Source of the DNA: an uncultured Bacilli bacterium
Lineage (GTDB): Bacteria; Bacillota_I; Bacilli_A; RF39; UBA660
Length of the DNA: 25,077 bases
Reading direction: 5' to 3'
Assembly: GCA_947856335.1 (NCBI GenBank)
Contig: CANUCD010000001.1
Location: forward strand, 1 to 25,077
Shown here piece by piece: positions 1 to 8,185 of the stretch. Below the pieces are notes generated by a model. It was not told where the DNA came from, did no database searches, and worked only from the letters and a program-made list of their open reading frames with translations. The stretch's first letter is position 1; each line of letters begins with the position of its first letter. A program made the translations under genes and the position numbers.

Positions 1-749
1 GTTCCTTTATCTAAATCTAGATTTTTACCAATTACTTTTGGCATTTCCCATTTAAAATCACAGTTGGGACAATAATACTTTCCTAAAGTTTCAAAGTTAT
101 AATACTCATAGTTTAATCTAGTTCCACATTTAAGACAATAATAAGTGTTTAAATTTTCAAATATTTGTTTTTCGTATGAATAATTATTTTTATCTATGCT
201 GTAGTGGATGTTTTTGTTTGGAAGCTCTAATTCAAAGTGTCTTAAATATGGTTCATCTATTGTTGTAATGATAGTTGTATTATCAGGTAAGTTTTTTTTG
301 ATTTCTTCTTTTATAATATCAATATTAAATTGTCTTGGGGGTTGGTCTTTGGTAAGATTTGTGATAATTAAATAGTTGGGGTTAATATCTTTATATATTT
401 CTTTTACGTATCTTTCGTCTGTTTCTAATATTAAGACATCTTTTTTTATTTTACCAAAAAGATTACAGTTTTTAAGACAGGCAGTTGTAATACCATATTT
501 GAGATTAGAACCAGCATTATTAAAACAAACAGACATACCATTATCTTTTAGGACATCACTAATTAAATTAGAAACACTTCCCTTTCCAGATGAACCTGTT
601 ACAATTAGTCTTATCTTGGGATATTTTAATTTTTTTAATATATTTTTATCTATTTTTAGAGCATATAATCCAGGAAGAGATGTGCCCCTTTTTAATACTT
701 TGCCTGCTAAAATGGTTAGTTTGGCTACAATGATACTTAATGTTTTCAT
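1..749 (-). CDS. murT: MurT-like Mur ligase family protein (lipid II isoglutaminyl synthase subunit), 5' part only; runs off the window edge
   Basis: Not in the ORF track (no stop in window). Hand translation from ATG at 749 (SD GAGGT upstream): MKTLSIIVAKLTILAGKVLKRGTSLPG..., P-loop-like VTGSSGKGS, ETDE, TNLTKDQPPR (cf. MurT TNLFRDQLDR) and a CLKC...CPNC four-Cys zinc site typical of MurT. Confidence 0.85.
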   Translation of the reverse strand, partial: MKTLSIIVAKLTILAGKVLKRGTSLPGLYALKIDKNILKKLKYPKIRLIVTGSSGKGSVSNLISDVLKDNGMSVCFNNAGSNLKYGITTACLKNCNLFGKIKKDVLILETDERYVKEIYKDINPNYLIITNLTKDQPPRQFNIDIIKEEIKKNLPDNTTIITTIDEPYLRHFELELPNKNIHYSIDKNNYSYEKQIFENLNTYYCLKCGTRLNYEYYNFETLGKYYCPNCDFKWEMPKVIGKNLDLDKG

Positions 750-771
750 TTCTTACCTCATTTTCTATATC

Positions 772-803
772 TTTATTTTAACATTTTTTGCTTTTTTTTT
801 AAA
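772..803 (-). promoter_or_regulatory. Putative sigma70/SigA promoter for murT
   Basis: Minus strand TTTAAA (803-798) - 17 nt - TAAAAT (780-775), with TG of an extended -10 (TGT-TAAAAT). Confidence 0.45.
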
Positions 804-809
804 TCCTAT

Positions 810-838
810 TTGACAAGAAATTTATTCTATAGTACTAT
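810..838 (+). promoter_or_regulatory. Putative sigma70/SigA promoter for glmS
   Basis: Perfect TTGACA (810-815) - 17 nt - TACTAT (833-838), about 30 nt upstream of the glmS ATG. Confidence 0.65.
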
Positions 839-869
839 TTTATTATGAAATGTAAAGGAAGTGGTTTTA

Positions 870-2669
870 ATGTGTGGAATTGTTGGTTATGTTGGTAAAA
901 ATAATGCAGTTTTAAAGCTAATAAAGGGATTAAAAAACTTAGAATATAGAGGATATGATTCGGCTGGTATTGCTATATATAATAAGAATATAGAAGTAGT
1001 AAAAGAAAAAGGGAGAATTAGTCATTTAGAAGAAGAAATACCAGCTAATTTAGTGGGTAATGTTGGTATTGCTCATACAAGATGGGCTACTCATGGCGTT
1101 CCGTCTAAGATAAATGCTCATCCACATCTAGATAATCATAAACGTTTTGCTGTTGTTCATAATGGAATTATTGAAAATTATTTAGAGATTAAAAACTTTT
1201 TAGAGCAAAAAGGTTATAATTTTATTTCTGATACTGATACAGAGGTTATTCCAGTATTACTAGATTACTACTATGAGCTTCATCATGATGTTTTGATTGC
1301 GTTTCAAAAAATGTTAAAAAAGATTAAAGGTAGCTATGCAATTTTAGTTTTAGCTTTTGATTTACCTAATACTATTTTAGTAGCTAAAAATCATAGTCCT
1401 ATGGTTATTGGACTAGGGTACGATGGCATATATGTTGCATCAGATATTCCAGCTATACTTGAGTATACAAAAGACTTTTACTTTTTAGATGATGAAGAAA
1501 GTGCTGTTATTACAGATAAGATAGTCTTTTATAATAAAGATTTTGAGAAAATCAAAAAAACTAGTAAAAAAATTGATTGGGAAATGGATGAAACTAGTAA
1601 AAATGGATATGAAGATTATATGTTAAAAGAAATTCATGAGCAGCCAAGTGCCCTTATTCAGACTCTAAATGGAATCATATGTAAAGATAAACCTATTTCA
1701 TTTGTTAATTTTAAAATTGATAAAAAATATTTAGAATCTTTAAGGCAAATTTATATTGTTGCGTGTGGAACAGCGATGCATGCAGGTTTAGTTGGTAAAT
1801 ATGCGATGGAAAATTTGGTTCGCATACCTGTAAGTGTTGTTGTAGCTAGTGAATTTAGATATCAAAATCCAATTATTGATAATAATACTTTATGCTTATT
1901 TATTAGTCAATCAGGTGAGACGGCTGATACAATAGCAGCTGTTAAACTCGCTAAAAAAATGGGAGCTAGAACTATTGCTATAACAAATGTTTTTGAATCT
2001 TCTATTACTAGAGAAGCAGATGATACTATTTATACTCATGCTGGTTTTGAAATAGCTGTTGCATCAACTAAGGCTTATATATCACAAGTTGGTATAGTAG
2101 TTGCACTTGCGCTTTATATGGCAGAAACTTTAAATGGTTTAAAATATGAAGCTTTAAAAACAGAACTAATGGATTTACCTAAGTTTATGAGTGATGTTAT
2201 AAGTAATGAAAATGTGTATCACAAACTTGCTTTAAAAATGAAGGATGAAGAACATTTATTTTATATTGGAAGAGGAAATGATTATAATATTGCCTTAGAG
2301 GGGTCATTAAAACTAAAAGAAATATCTTATATACATAGTGAGGCATATCCTGCTGGAGAATTAAAACATGGGCCTATTGCTTTAATTGATAAAGGTACTT
2401 ATGTAGTTGGTATTATTACTGATGATAAGATAGCTCTTAAAACACTAAGTAATTTAGAAGAAGTAAAATCTAGAGGGGCTAATATTATTTTAGTTACAAA
2501 TCAAAAGTTAAAAGAAGAAAATGTTTTTATAATACCAAAGATAAGTTCTATTTTAAGTCCTATTCTTGCTATTATTCCATTACAGTTGCTTGCTTATTTT
2601 ATTGCCAAAGAAAAAGGCTTAGATGTTGATAAGCCTAGGAATTTAGCTAAGTCTGTTACGGTAGAATAA
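870..2669 (+). CDS. glmS: Glutamine--fructose-6-phosphate transaminase (isomerizing)
   Basis: N-terminal MCGIVG (catalytic Cys; true start ATG 870 rather than GTG 861), EYRGYDSAG, HTRWATHG, HNGIIEN, SQSGETADT, C-terminal DKPRNLAKSVTVE. Confidence 0.98.
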   Translation: MCGIVGYVGKNNAVLKLIKGLKNLEYRGYDSAGIAIYNKNIEVVKEKGRISHLEEEIPANLVGNVGIAHTRWATHGVPSKINAHPHLDNHKRFAVVHNGIIENYLEIKNFLEQKGYNFISDTDTEVIPVLLDYYYELHHDVLIAFQKMLKKIKGSYAILVLAFDLPNTILVAKNHSPMVIGLGYDGIYVASDIPAILEYTKDFYFLDDEESAVITDKIVFYNKDFEKIKKTSKKIDWEMDETSKNGYEDYMLKEIHEQPSALIQTLNGIICKDKPISFVNFKIDKKYLESLRQIYIVACGTAMHAGLVGKYAMENLVRIPVSVVVASEFRYQNPIIDNNTLCLFISQSGETADTIAAVKLAKKMGARTIAITNVFESSITREADDTIYTHAGFEIAVASTKAYISQVGIVVALALYMAETLNGLKYEALKTELMDLPKFMSDVISNENVYHKLALKMKDEEHLFYIGRGNDYNIALEGSLKLKEISYIHSEAYPAGELKHGPIALIDKGTYVVGIITDDKIALKTLSNLEEVKSRGANIILVTNQKLKEENVFIIPKISSILSPILAIIPLQLLAYFIAKEKGLDVDKPRNLAKSVTVE

Positions 2670-2706
2670 AAGTATTGTTTAAATGCTATAATTTATAATT
2701 GTTATG

Positions 2707-2745
2707 AACCTTGTTTCCTAGATAAATAGGAACAAGGTTTTATTA
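2707..2745 (+). terminator. Intrinsic terminator after glmS
   Basis: AACCTTGTTTCCTA-gataaa-TAGGAACAAGGTT stem (13 bp, one bulge) followed by a T-rich tail. Confidence 0.7.
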
Positions 2746-2800
2746 TGGTTAATATATAAAACTTGTTATGATTTTATAAGAAATATTTGTTTCATAGTTT

Positions 2801-2830
2801 AAAAAAACAATGATTACTCATTGATTTTTT
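2801..2830 (-). terminator. Probable intrinsic terminator after wecB (possibly bidirectional)
   Basis: Minus strand CAATGA-gtaa-TCATTG followed by T7; the plus strand also ends in T6. Confidence 0.5.
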
Positions 2831-2848
2831 AGATTTTATAAAATTTAT

Positions 2849-3958
2849 CTAATTATTAACTTTATATTTTTCTATAATGGCATCTACTATATATTTGCTT
2901 GCAAAACCGTCTCCGTAAGGATTTGCTGATTTTGCCATTTTTTCGTATTCTTCTTTATTGGTTAGTAATAGTTTGGTTTCTTCATATATTTTATTTGTAT
3001 CAGTTCCAACTAGTTTTAAAGTGCCTGCTTCTATTCCCTCTGGTCTTTCTGTTGTATCTCTTAGGACTAATACTGGTTTACCTAATGATGGCGCTTCTTC
3101 TTGAACACCACCACTATCTGTAAGTATTAAGTAAGCTTTATTTTGAAAATTATGGAAATCAAATACTTCTAATGGTTCTATTATTTTTACTTTATCAGAG
3201 TTTCCTAATACTTCATTTGCTATTTCTCTAATTTTAGGGTTCAAATGGATGGGATAAACTACTTTTACATCTGAAAACTCATCTACTATTCTTTTTATAG
3301 CTGTAAAAATATGACGCATTGGTTCACCTAGGTTTTCTCTTCTGTGTGCTGTTAGTAAAATCATTCTATTATTTCCTAACCACTCAAAAACCGGATGATA
3401 ATAATCTTTGGTAACAGTTGTTTTCATTGCATCAATAACTGTATTACCAGTTACATAAATAGTTTCTTCTTTCTTGTTGTCATTTAATAAATTTTGTTTG
3501 CTTAGTTCTGTAGGTGCAAAATTCATATCAGCTAGACAAGATACCATTTGTCTATTCATTTCTTCTGGGTATGGTGAGTATTTATTATACGTCCTAAGTC
3601 CTGCTTCAACATGACCAATATCTACTTGATTGTAAAAAGCTGCTAGAGCTCCTGCAAAGGTAGTCGTGGTATCCCCATGAACTAGAACAATGTTAGGCAT
3701 TTCTTTTTTTATTACTTCTTCTAATCCTACTAATGCTCTAGTTGTAATATCTGCTAGAGTTTGTCCTTGCTTCATAATATTTAAATCATAATCTGGAGTT
3801 ATGTTAAATGTCTCTAGTACTTGGTCTAACATTTCTCTATGTTGAGCAGTTACACAGACAATACATTCAATTTCCTTTCTTCGCTTTAATTCTTGAACTA
3901 GGGGTGCCATTTTTATAGCTTCAGGTCTAGTTCCAAATACAGTCATTACTTTAATCAT
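2849..3958 (-). CDS. wecB: UDP-N-acetylglucosamine 2-epimerase (non-hydrolysing)
   Basis: VFGTRPEAIKMAP, TAQHREML, VHGDTTT, HVEAGLRT, TAHRREN, TDSGGVQEEAPSLGKPVLVLR, ERPEG, NPYGDG. Confidence 0.97.
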   Translation of the reverse strand: MIKVMTVFGTRPEAIKMAPLVQELKRRKEIECIVCVTAQHREMLDQVLETFNITPDYDLNIMKQGQTLADITTRALVGLEEVIKKEMPNIVLVHGDTTTTFAGALAAFYNQVDIGHVEAGLRTYNKYSPYPEEMNRQMVSCLADMNFAPTELSKQNLLNDNKKEETIYVTGNTVIDAMKTTVTKDYYHPVFEWLGNNRMILLTAHRRENLGEPMRHIFTAIKRIVDEFSDVKVVYPIHLNPKIREIANEVLGNSDKVKIIEPLEVFDFHNFQNKAYLILTDSGGVQEEAPSLGKPVLVLRDTTERPEGIEAGTLKLVGTDTNKIYEETKLLLTNKEEYEKMAKSANPYGDGFASKYIVDAIIEKYKVNN

Positions 3959-4319
3959 TTTTTACCTTCTTTCTATTTTCTAATTCTTCTATTTTTTTCT
4001 TTAATATAGATAATTCTTGAACTAAGTTTTTGTTTTTTTCGTTTGCTTTTGAAAGGTTAGTAGTTAATACAAATATTAGATATGCCAAAACAAAAAAACC
4101 TAATAAAAATACCATATTTGAAGTAGTTTCAAAGCCTAATAAATCAGCCATTTTAATAATAATGCCAGGAAAAATTGTTACTATTATCAATAAAAAAATA
4201 ATTATAATCCATAAACTGGCATATCTCATAGAAATTTTCTTTTTATTTATTTGTAAAAAAACTAAAGCTAAAAATACTAACAATAAAATTATTAAAAATA
4301 TTCTTAAAGTTATATTCAT
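3951..4319 (-). CDS. DUF2304 family small membrane protein (GacJ-like partner of a polyprenyl-phosphate glycosyltransferase)
   Basis: 122 aa, three hydrophobic segments, 'YASLW', 'LLGFETTSNMVF' and a C-terminal coiled-coil 'LVQELSIL'; directly downstream of a DPM1-like GT2. Confidence 0.8.
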   Translation of the reverse strand: MNITLRIFLIILLLVFLALVFLQINKKKISMRYASLWIIIIFLLIIVTIFPGIIIKMADLLGFETTSNMVFLLGFFVLAYLIFVLTTNLSKANEKNKNLVQELSILKKKIEELENRKKVKND

Positions 4320-4321
4320 AT

Positions 4322-5032
4322 TTATTTTTCACCTCGTTTGCCAAATAAACCATTTATGAAAATTGCAATTGAAACTGAAAACATATAATAAGCACTATTT
4401 AATGGTTTTATTGATGATTTACCATGTTGTCTTTCGTGCATTTCTACTGGTATCTCTTTTATTTTCATTTCCTTGTTTTTTAAATAAATTATTGTTTCTG
4501 GTTCAGGATATTCTGTGGGATAATTTTCTGCAAATAATTTAATTACCTTTTTATTTGCCGCTCTAAATCCGCTAGTAGGATCAGTTATTTTTATTTTCCC
4601 AAATACTTTTATAAGAATAGATAACAATTTTATTCCAACTTTTCTAGCAGTTGATGATTTAAATTCACTTAAATTTCCAATAAATCTAGAGCCAATAACA
4701 AAGTCATTTCCTCTTTTTATTTCTTCAATTAAAGTATTTATGTATTTTTCGTCATGTTGTCCGTCTCCATCAAACTGAATAGCTATATCGTAATCATTAT
4801 AATATGCATATTTATAACCTGTTTGTACAGCACCACCTATTCCTAAATTGCTAATTAACGTGATGGCATTCAATTTTTCTTTTTGACAAATTTCTTGGGT
4901 TTTATCAGTACTTCCATCGTTAATTATGATATAGTCAATAGCGTCATTAGATTTTATATTTACTATTTTTTCCACGGTTTTTAATATATTTAATTCTTCA
5001 TTATAAGCAGGAATTATTATTAGTACTTTCAT
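4322..5032 (-). CDS. Family 2 glycosyltransferase, DPM1/GacI-like (undecaprenyl-phosphate sugar synthase)
   Basis: Start likely ATG 5032 (MKVLIIIPAYNEE); INDGSTD, SNLGIGGAVQTGY, QFDGDGQH, GSRF, DPTSGFRA, EYPEPE, EMHERQHGKSS. Confidence 0.9.
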   Translation of the reverse strand: MKVLIIIPAYNEELNILKTVEKIVNIKSNDAIDYIIINDGSTDKTQEICQKEKLNAITLISNLGIGGAVQTGYKYAYYNDYDIAIQFDGDGQHDEKYINTLIEEIKRGNDFVIGSRFIGNLSEFKSSTARKVGIKLLSILIKVFGKIKITDPTSGFRAANKKVIKLFAENYPTEYPEPETIIYLKNKEMKIKEIPVEMHERQHGKSSIKPLNSAYYMFSVSIAIFINGLFGKRGEK

Positions 5033-6323
5033 TTTTATGCCCTTTCCATTCTTTGATTTTTTGATATATAATATATAATCCCATTCCAATTATAATAAAC
5101 CTTATCGGAAATAATGTTATAGCATATCTACTGTACGCAAAAGAATAGCAATATAATAAAATTTGGTATCCATATACTGCAATTAACAAAAGCCAATCTA
5201 TAATTTTTTTCCTATTTATAATAATTACTATACTTGAAATGGCAAATAAAATCAAATCTATTTTTCTTAATAAAAGGTTAAAATCAATATTTATTCCAAA
5301 AAGTTCATCCCAATAAAAACTTGAATGCAACATGATTTTAGGCTTCTCTATTAAATATGATTTTAGCATAGATATTTTATCTTCTTTCCACCATTCTTTC
5401 ATGCGATATTTTGCTTTTAAACCGTCATACTCTAGTAAATAATATTTTGTAAATTGATCCTTTGGCATATTACCACTGAGGTAATCTTTTACTTTGGCTG
5501 GTAACTTATCATAAACGTTTTTATCGTAATCTAATTCTTCATCGCTTGGATATCCATATCCTTGATATGTTCCTAATAATAAAGGGTTCCCCATTCCATA
5601 TGTTAAAGGAATAAATTTATCAAAAACTTTATAATTTCTATATATCCAAGGAGCCAAGCATATCAATAAGGCCATTCCACCTATTATACCTTTTTTTATT
5701 AATTCTTTAAATGGATATTTTTTTAATAACAAAGCAATAGCTAAAAATATTGGGTAGAGACCAATTGTAGGTCTAATATATACTCCTATAATATAATAAA
5801 TGACAATAAAGTAAAAATCTTTATTTTTATAATCTTTTAAAAATTTTAATGAATGATAAGTCAGCAATAATAATATTAACATAAATGGGGTTTCGGTTAA
5901 AATCAAATTATTCATCCATAGAAAATCTGGCGCTAATAAAAATAAACAACAAAAGGAAGCTATCCATTGATTAGCATACATTCTTATTATTTTATATAGA
6001 ATTATTATTGATATTATTCCCATTAAAAGCCAAAACAATTTTAATGCAATTATTAGTGCAATCCCAGTACCGAACATTAGACAAAATCCAGCTATTAAAA
6101 AAGTTAAGCCAGGCATTATTTGAGCTGAAATAACTCCATGCATAGTTATTTGTCCTTCTTCAAAAAATCTAATTCCACTATTTATATAACTTAAATCGTC
6201 GCTGTTTATATTATAATCATAACCTAGATATAAAATAGAGGATACATATAATGCTAGGGCAATAATTAACACAATTAGTAAGCTGTAGTTATTTTTTATA
6301 TATTTTTTTACTTTGTTTTTCAT
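5001..6323 (-). CDS. Polytopic GT-C fold glycosyltransferase (ArnT/PMT, GT39-like; GacL-like role)
   Basis: Start likely ATG 6323 (MKNKVKK). About 10 TM segments, acidic 'NSDDLSY' in the first extracytoplasmic loop, 'ILTE', 'IRP', 'PW.YRNY'. Confidence 0.7.
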   Translation of the reverse strand: MKNKVKKYIKNNYSLLIVLIIALALYVSSILYLGYDYNINSDDLSYINSGIRFFEEGQITMHGVISAQIMPGLTFLIAGFCLMFGTGIALIIALKLFWLLMGIISIIILYKIIRMYANQWIASFCCLFLLAPDFLWMNNLILTETPFMLILLLLTYHSLKFLKDYKNKDFYFIVIYYIIGVYIRPTIGLYPIFLAIALLLKKYPFKELIKKGIIGGMALLICLAPWIYRNYKVFDKFIPLTYGMGNPLLLGTYQGYGYPSDEELDYDKNVYDKLPAKVKDYLSGNMPKDQFTKYYLLEYDGLKAKYRMKEWWKEDKISMLKSYLIEKPKIMLHSSFYWDELFGINIDFNLLLRKIDLILFAISSIVIIINRKKIIDWLLLIAVYGYQILLYCYSFAYSRYAITLFPIRFIIIGMGLYIIYQKIKEWKGHKNESTNNNSCL

Positions 6324-7380
6324 AATTTTTCTCACTTTCTTTTTTCTTATGTTTAAATAATATATCTGTTTTAAGTACAAAGAATAATAAAATAATCATT
6401 AGAGCAATATATAGTGCTATTGCTATTTTATTATCTCCAATTACATATAAGATTGATACTGCTGAAAACAAAATGTTAATAAAATAAATAATAAGAATAG
6501 TTTTTCGTGTAGAAAAGTTCATTTTTAATAATTGATGATGTAAATGATCTTTATCTGGTTTACCAATTGACTCTCCTTTTAACATTCTTCTTAATATAGC
6601 AAATAGAGTGTCAAAAATTGGTATTGCTAAAATTACTAATGGTACTATTAAGGAAGTTATTGTAGTCATTTTAAATCCTAAAAGAGAAATGACAGCGATC
6701 ATAAAACCTAGGAATAAACTTCCAGAATCACCCATAAATATTTTGGCTGGTGGAAAGTTGTGTCCTAAAAAGCCTATTGTTGCTCCAAGCATTATGAGTG
6801 ATAATATAATATCTAATCCACCTATTTTATTTACTATAAAGGCAATAATTGCAATAGTACCATAGTTAATAGCACTTATTCCTGCTGCTAAGCCATCAAG
6901 TCCATCAATTAAGTTTATAGCATTTGCAATAGCTACTATGAATATTACAGATAAAATAGTACCTAACCAATATGGGAAATCGAGATTTAAACCCAAAAAG
7001 GTTATCTCTGTAAAATAAGTCTTTCCATAAAATACTACAATTGATGCTGCAATAATTTGAAATAAAAACTTTGTTCTTGCTCTAATTGGTTTTATATCAT
7101 CTATAAAACCTGTTAGAACAATAATAAATGCTCCTATTAAAATTGATAGCATTTGGGTTGTTGGTTCTCCATAAATCATATAACCTATGATGAATGCTCC
7201 AAATATAGCTAGACCTCCACATCTAGGCATTGGTACCTTGTGTACTTTTCTTTCATTTGGCATATCTAATGCACCTACATGTGTAGCAATTCTTTTAGCT
7301 AAGTAAGTTAATAAATAGCTTGATAATATAGTTACTAATAATATTAGATATATAGAATATCCGTTTACTTCTAAATTCAT
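6289..7380 (-). CDS. tagO: MraY-like undecaprenyl-phosphate GlcNAc-1-phosphate transferase (TagO/WecA)
   Basis: Start likely ATG 7380 (SD AGGTG). D.PNERKVH..PMPRCGG, GFIDD, NAINLIDGLDGLA, IFMGDSGS, DKDHLHHQL. Confidence 0.92.
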   Translation of the reverse strand: MNLEVNGYSIYLILLVTILSSYLLTYLAKRIATHVGALDMPNERKVHKVPMPRCGGLAIFGAFIIGYMIYGEPTTQMLSILIGAFIIVLTGFIDDIKPIRARTKFLFQIIAASIVVFYGKTYFTEITFLGLNLDFPYWLGTILSVIFIVAIANAINLIDGLDGLAAGISAINYGTIAIIAFIVNKIGGLDIILSLIMLGATIGFLGHNFPPAKIFMGDSGSLFLGFMIAVISLLGFKMTTITSLIVPLVILAIPIFDTLFAILRRMLKGESIGKPDKDHLHHQLLKMNFSTRKTILIIYFINILFSAVSILYVIGDNKIAIALYIALMIILLFFVLKTDILFKHKKKESEKNYEKQSKKIYKK

Positions 7381-7396
7381 ACTTTCACCTGATAAT

Positions 7397-7425
7397 ATCA
7401 TAACATATTTGTGTTAAAAAAAAAA
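7397..7425 (-). promoter_or_regulatory. Putative internal extended -10 promoter for tagO-GT-C-GT2-DUF2304-wecB
   Basis: Minus strand TGT-TATGAT (7405-7397); the -35 position falls in a T10 tract (A10 at 7416-7425 on plus). Confidence 0.4.
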
Positions 7426-7454
7426 GAAAAGTACTTCATTATTTGCAAAAAAGA

Positions 7455-8183
7455 CTATTTTTGTTGAAGTTTCTTTTCTTTCTTTATTTCAAGTATAAAT
7501 TTTATATTATTATTATAAAATCTTTTTAATCTGCTTGGTTCTTTTAATATTCTATATAGCCATTCCAAGTTAAGTTTAATAAATATTTTGGGTGCCCTTT
7601 TTTTGTGTCCACTTATTACATCAAAAGAGCCTCCTACTCCTACAAATATTCCTTTTTTGAATTTATTTATGTATTTGTAAATCAGCTTTTCTTGTTCTGG
7701 TATTCCAAGGGCAACTAAAACTATGTCTGGCTCTTTTTTAATTATTTCTTTCATTATTATATCACGGTCATTCACATATCCATTTTGAAATCCACAAATT
7801 TTTAAATTTGGATAGTTTTCTTTTACATTTTTTATTAAATCATCTATTACTTCTTGTTTTGAGCCGAAAAAGTAAATGCTTTTTTTTAATTCATTCCCCA
7901 ATTTCAATAATTCATTTGCAATATCAATTCCTGCTATTCTTTCTGTAATATTAATACCTAAAATTTGAGCTGCTTTTACCACTCCTATTCCATCGGGGAC
8001 TATCAATACGTTATTATCATTCAATATTTTTGATACTGTTTCGTCTGTTTTAGCATATTTTAATGTCTCTGGGTTAGCTGTCACAATTAATTTTTTTTGT
8101 TTTTTATTTAGCAATGTTTTCAGATCTTCAAAAAACGTAATTTTCCCTTTATTATACATTTTTTCTAAATACTTTTTATACAT
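7455..8183 (-). CDS. tagA: WecB/TagA/CpsF family glycosyltransferase (ManNAc transferase)
   Basis: Start likely ATG 8183 (SD GAGGT). TANPE, PDGIGVV, ERIAGID, FFGSK, VALGIPEQE, GVGGSFDV, RAP, LEWLYR...P.R. Confidence 0.9.
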   Translation of the reverse strand: MYKKYLEKMYNKGKITFFEDLKTLLNKKQKKLIVTANPETLKYAKTDETVSKILNDNNVLIVPDGIGVVKAAQILGINITERIAGIDIANELLKLGNELKKSIYFFGSKQEVIDDLIKNVKENYPNLKICGFQNGYVNDRDIIMKEIIKKEPDIVLVALGIPEQEKLIYKYINKFKKGIFVGVGGSFDVISGHKKRAPKIFIKLNLEWLYRILKEPSRLKRFYNNNIKFILEIKKEKKLQQK

Positions 8184-8185
8184 AA

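Noticed and set aside
376-813. Plus-strand 145-aa ORF
   Set aside because: Antisense shadow of murT; TTG start, no SD, no recognisable motifs.
2684-2745. TGC-TATAAT just after the glmS stop, possibly driving a ~45-nt sRNA ending at the hairpin
   Set aside because: No -35 element, and TATAAT is common at this AT content; the hairpin is explained as the glmS terminator.
5001-6323. 32-35 bp overlaps at the tagO/GT-C and GT-C/GT2 junctions
   Set aside because: Modest stop-codon run-on overlaps, common in compact operons.
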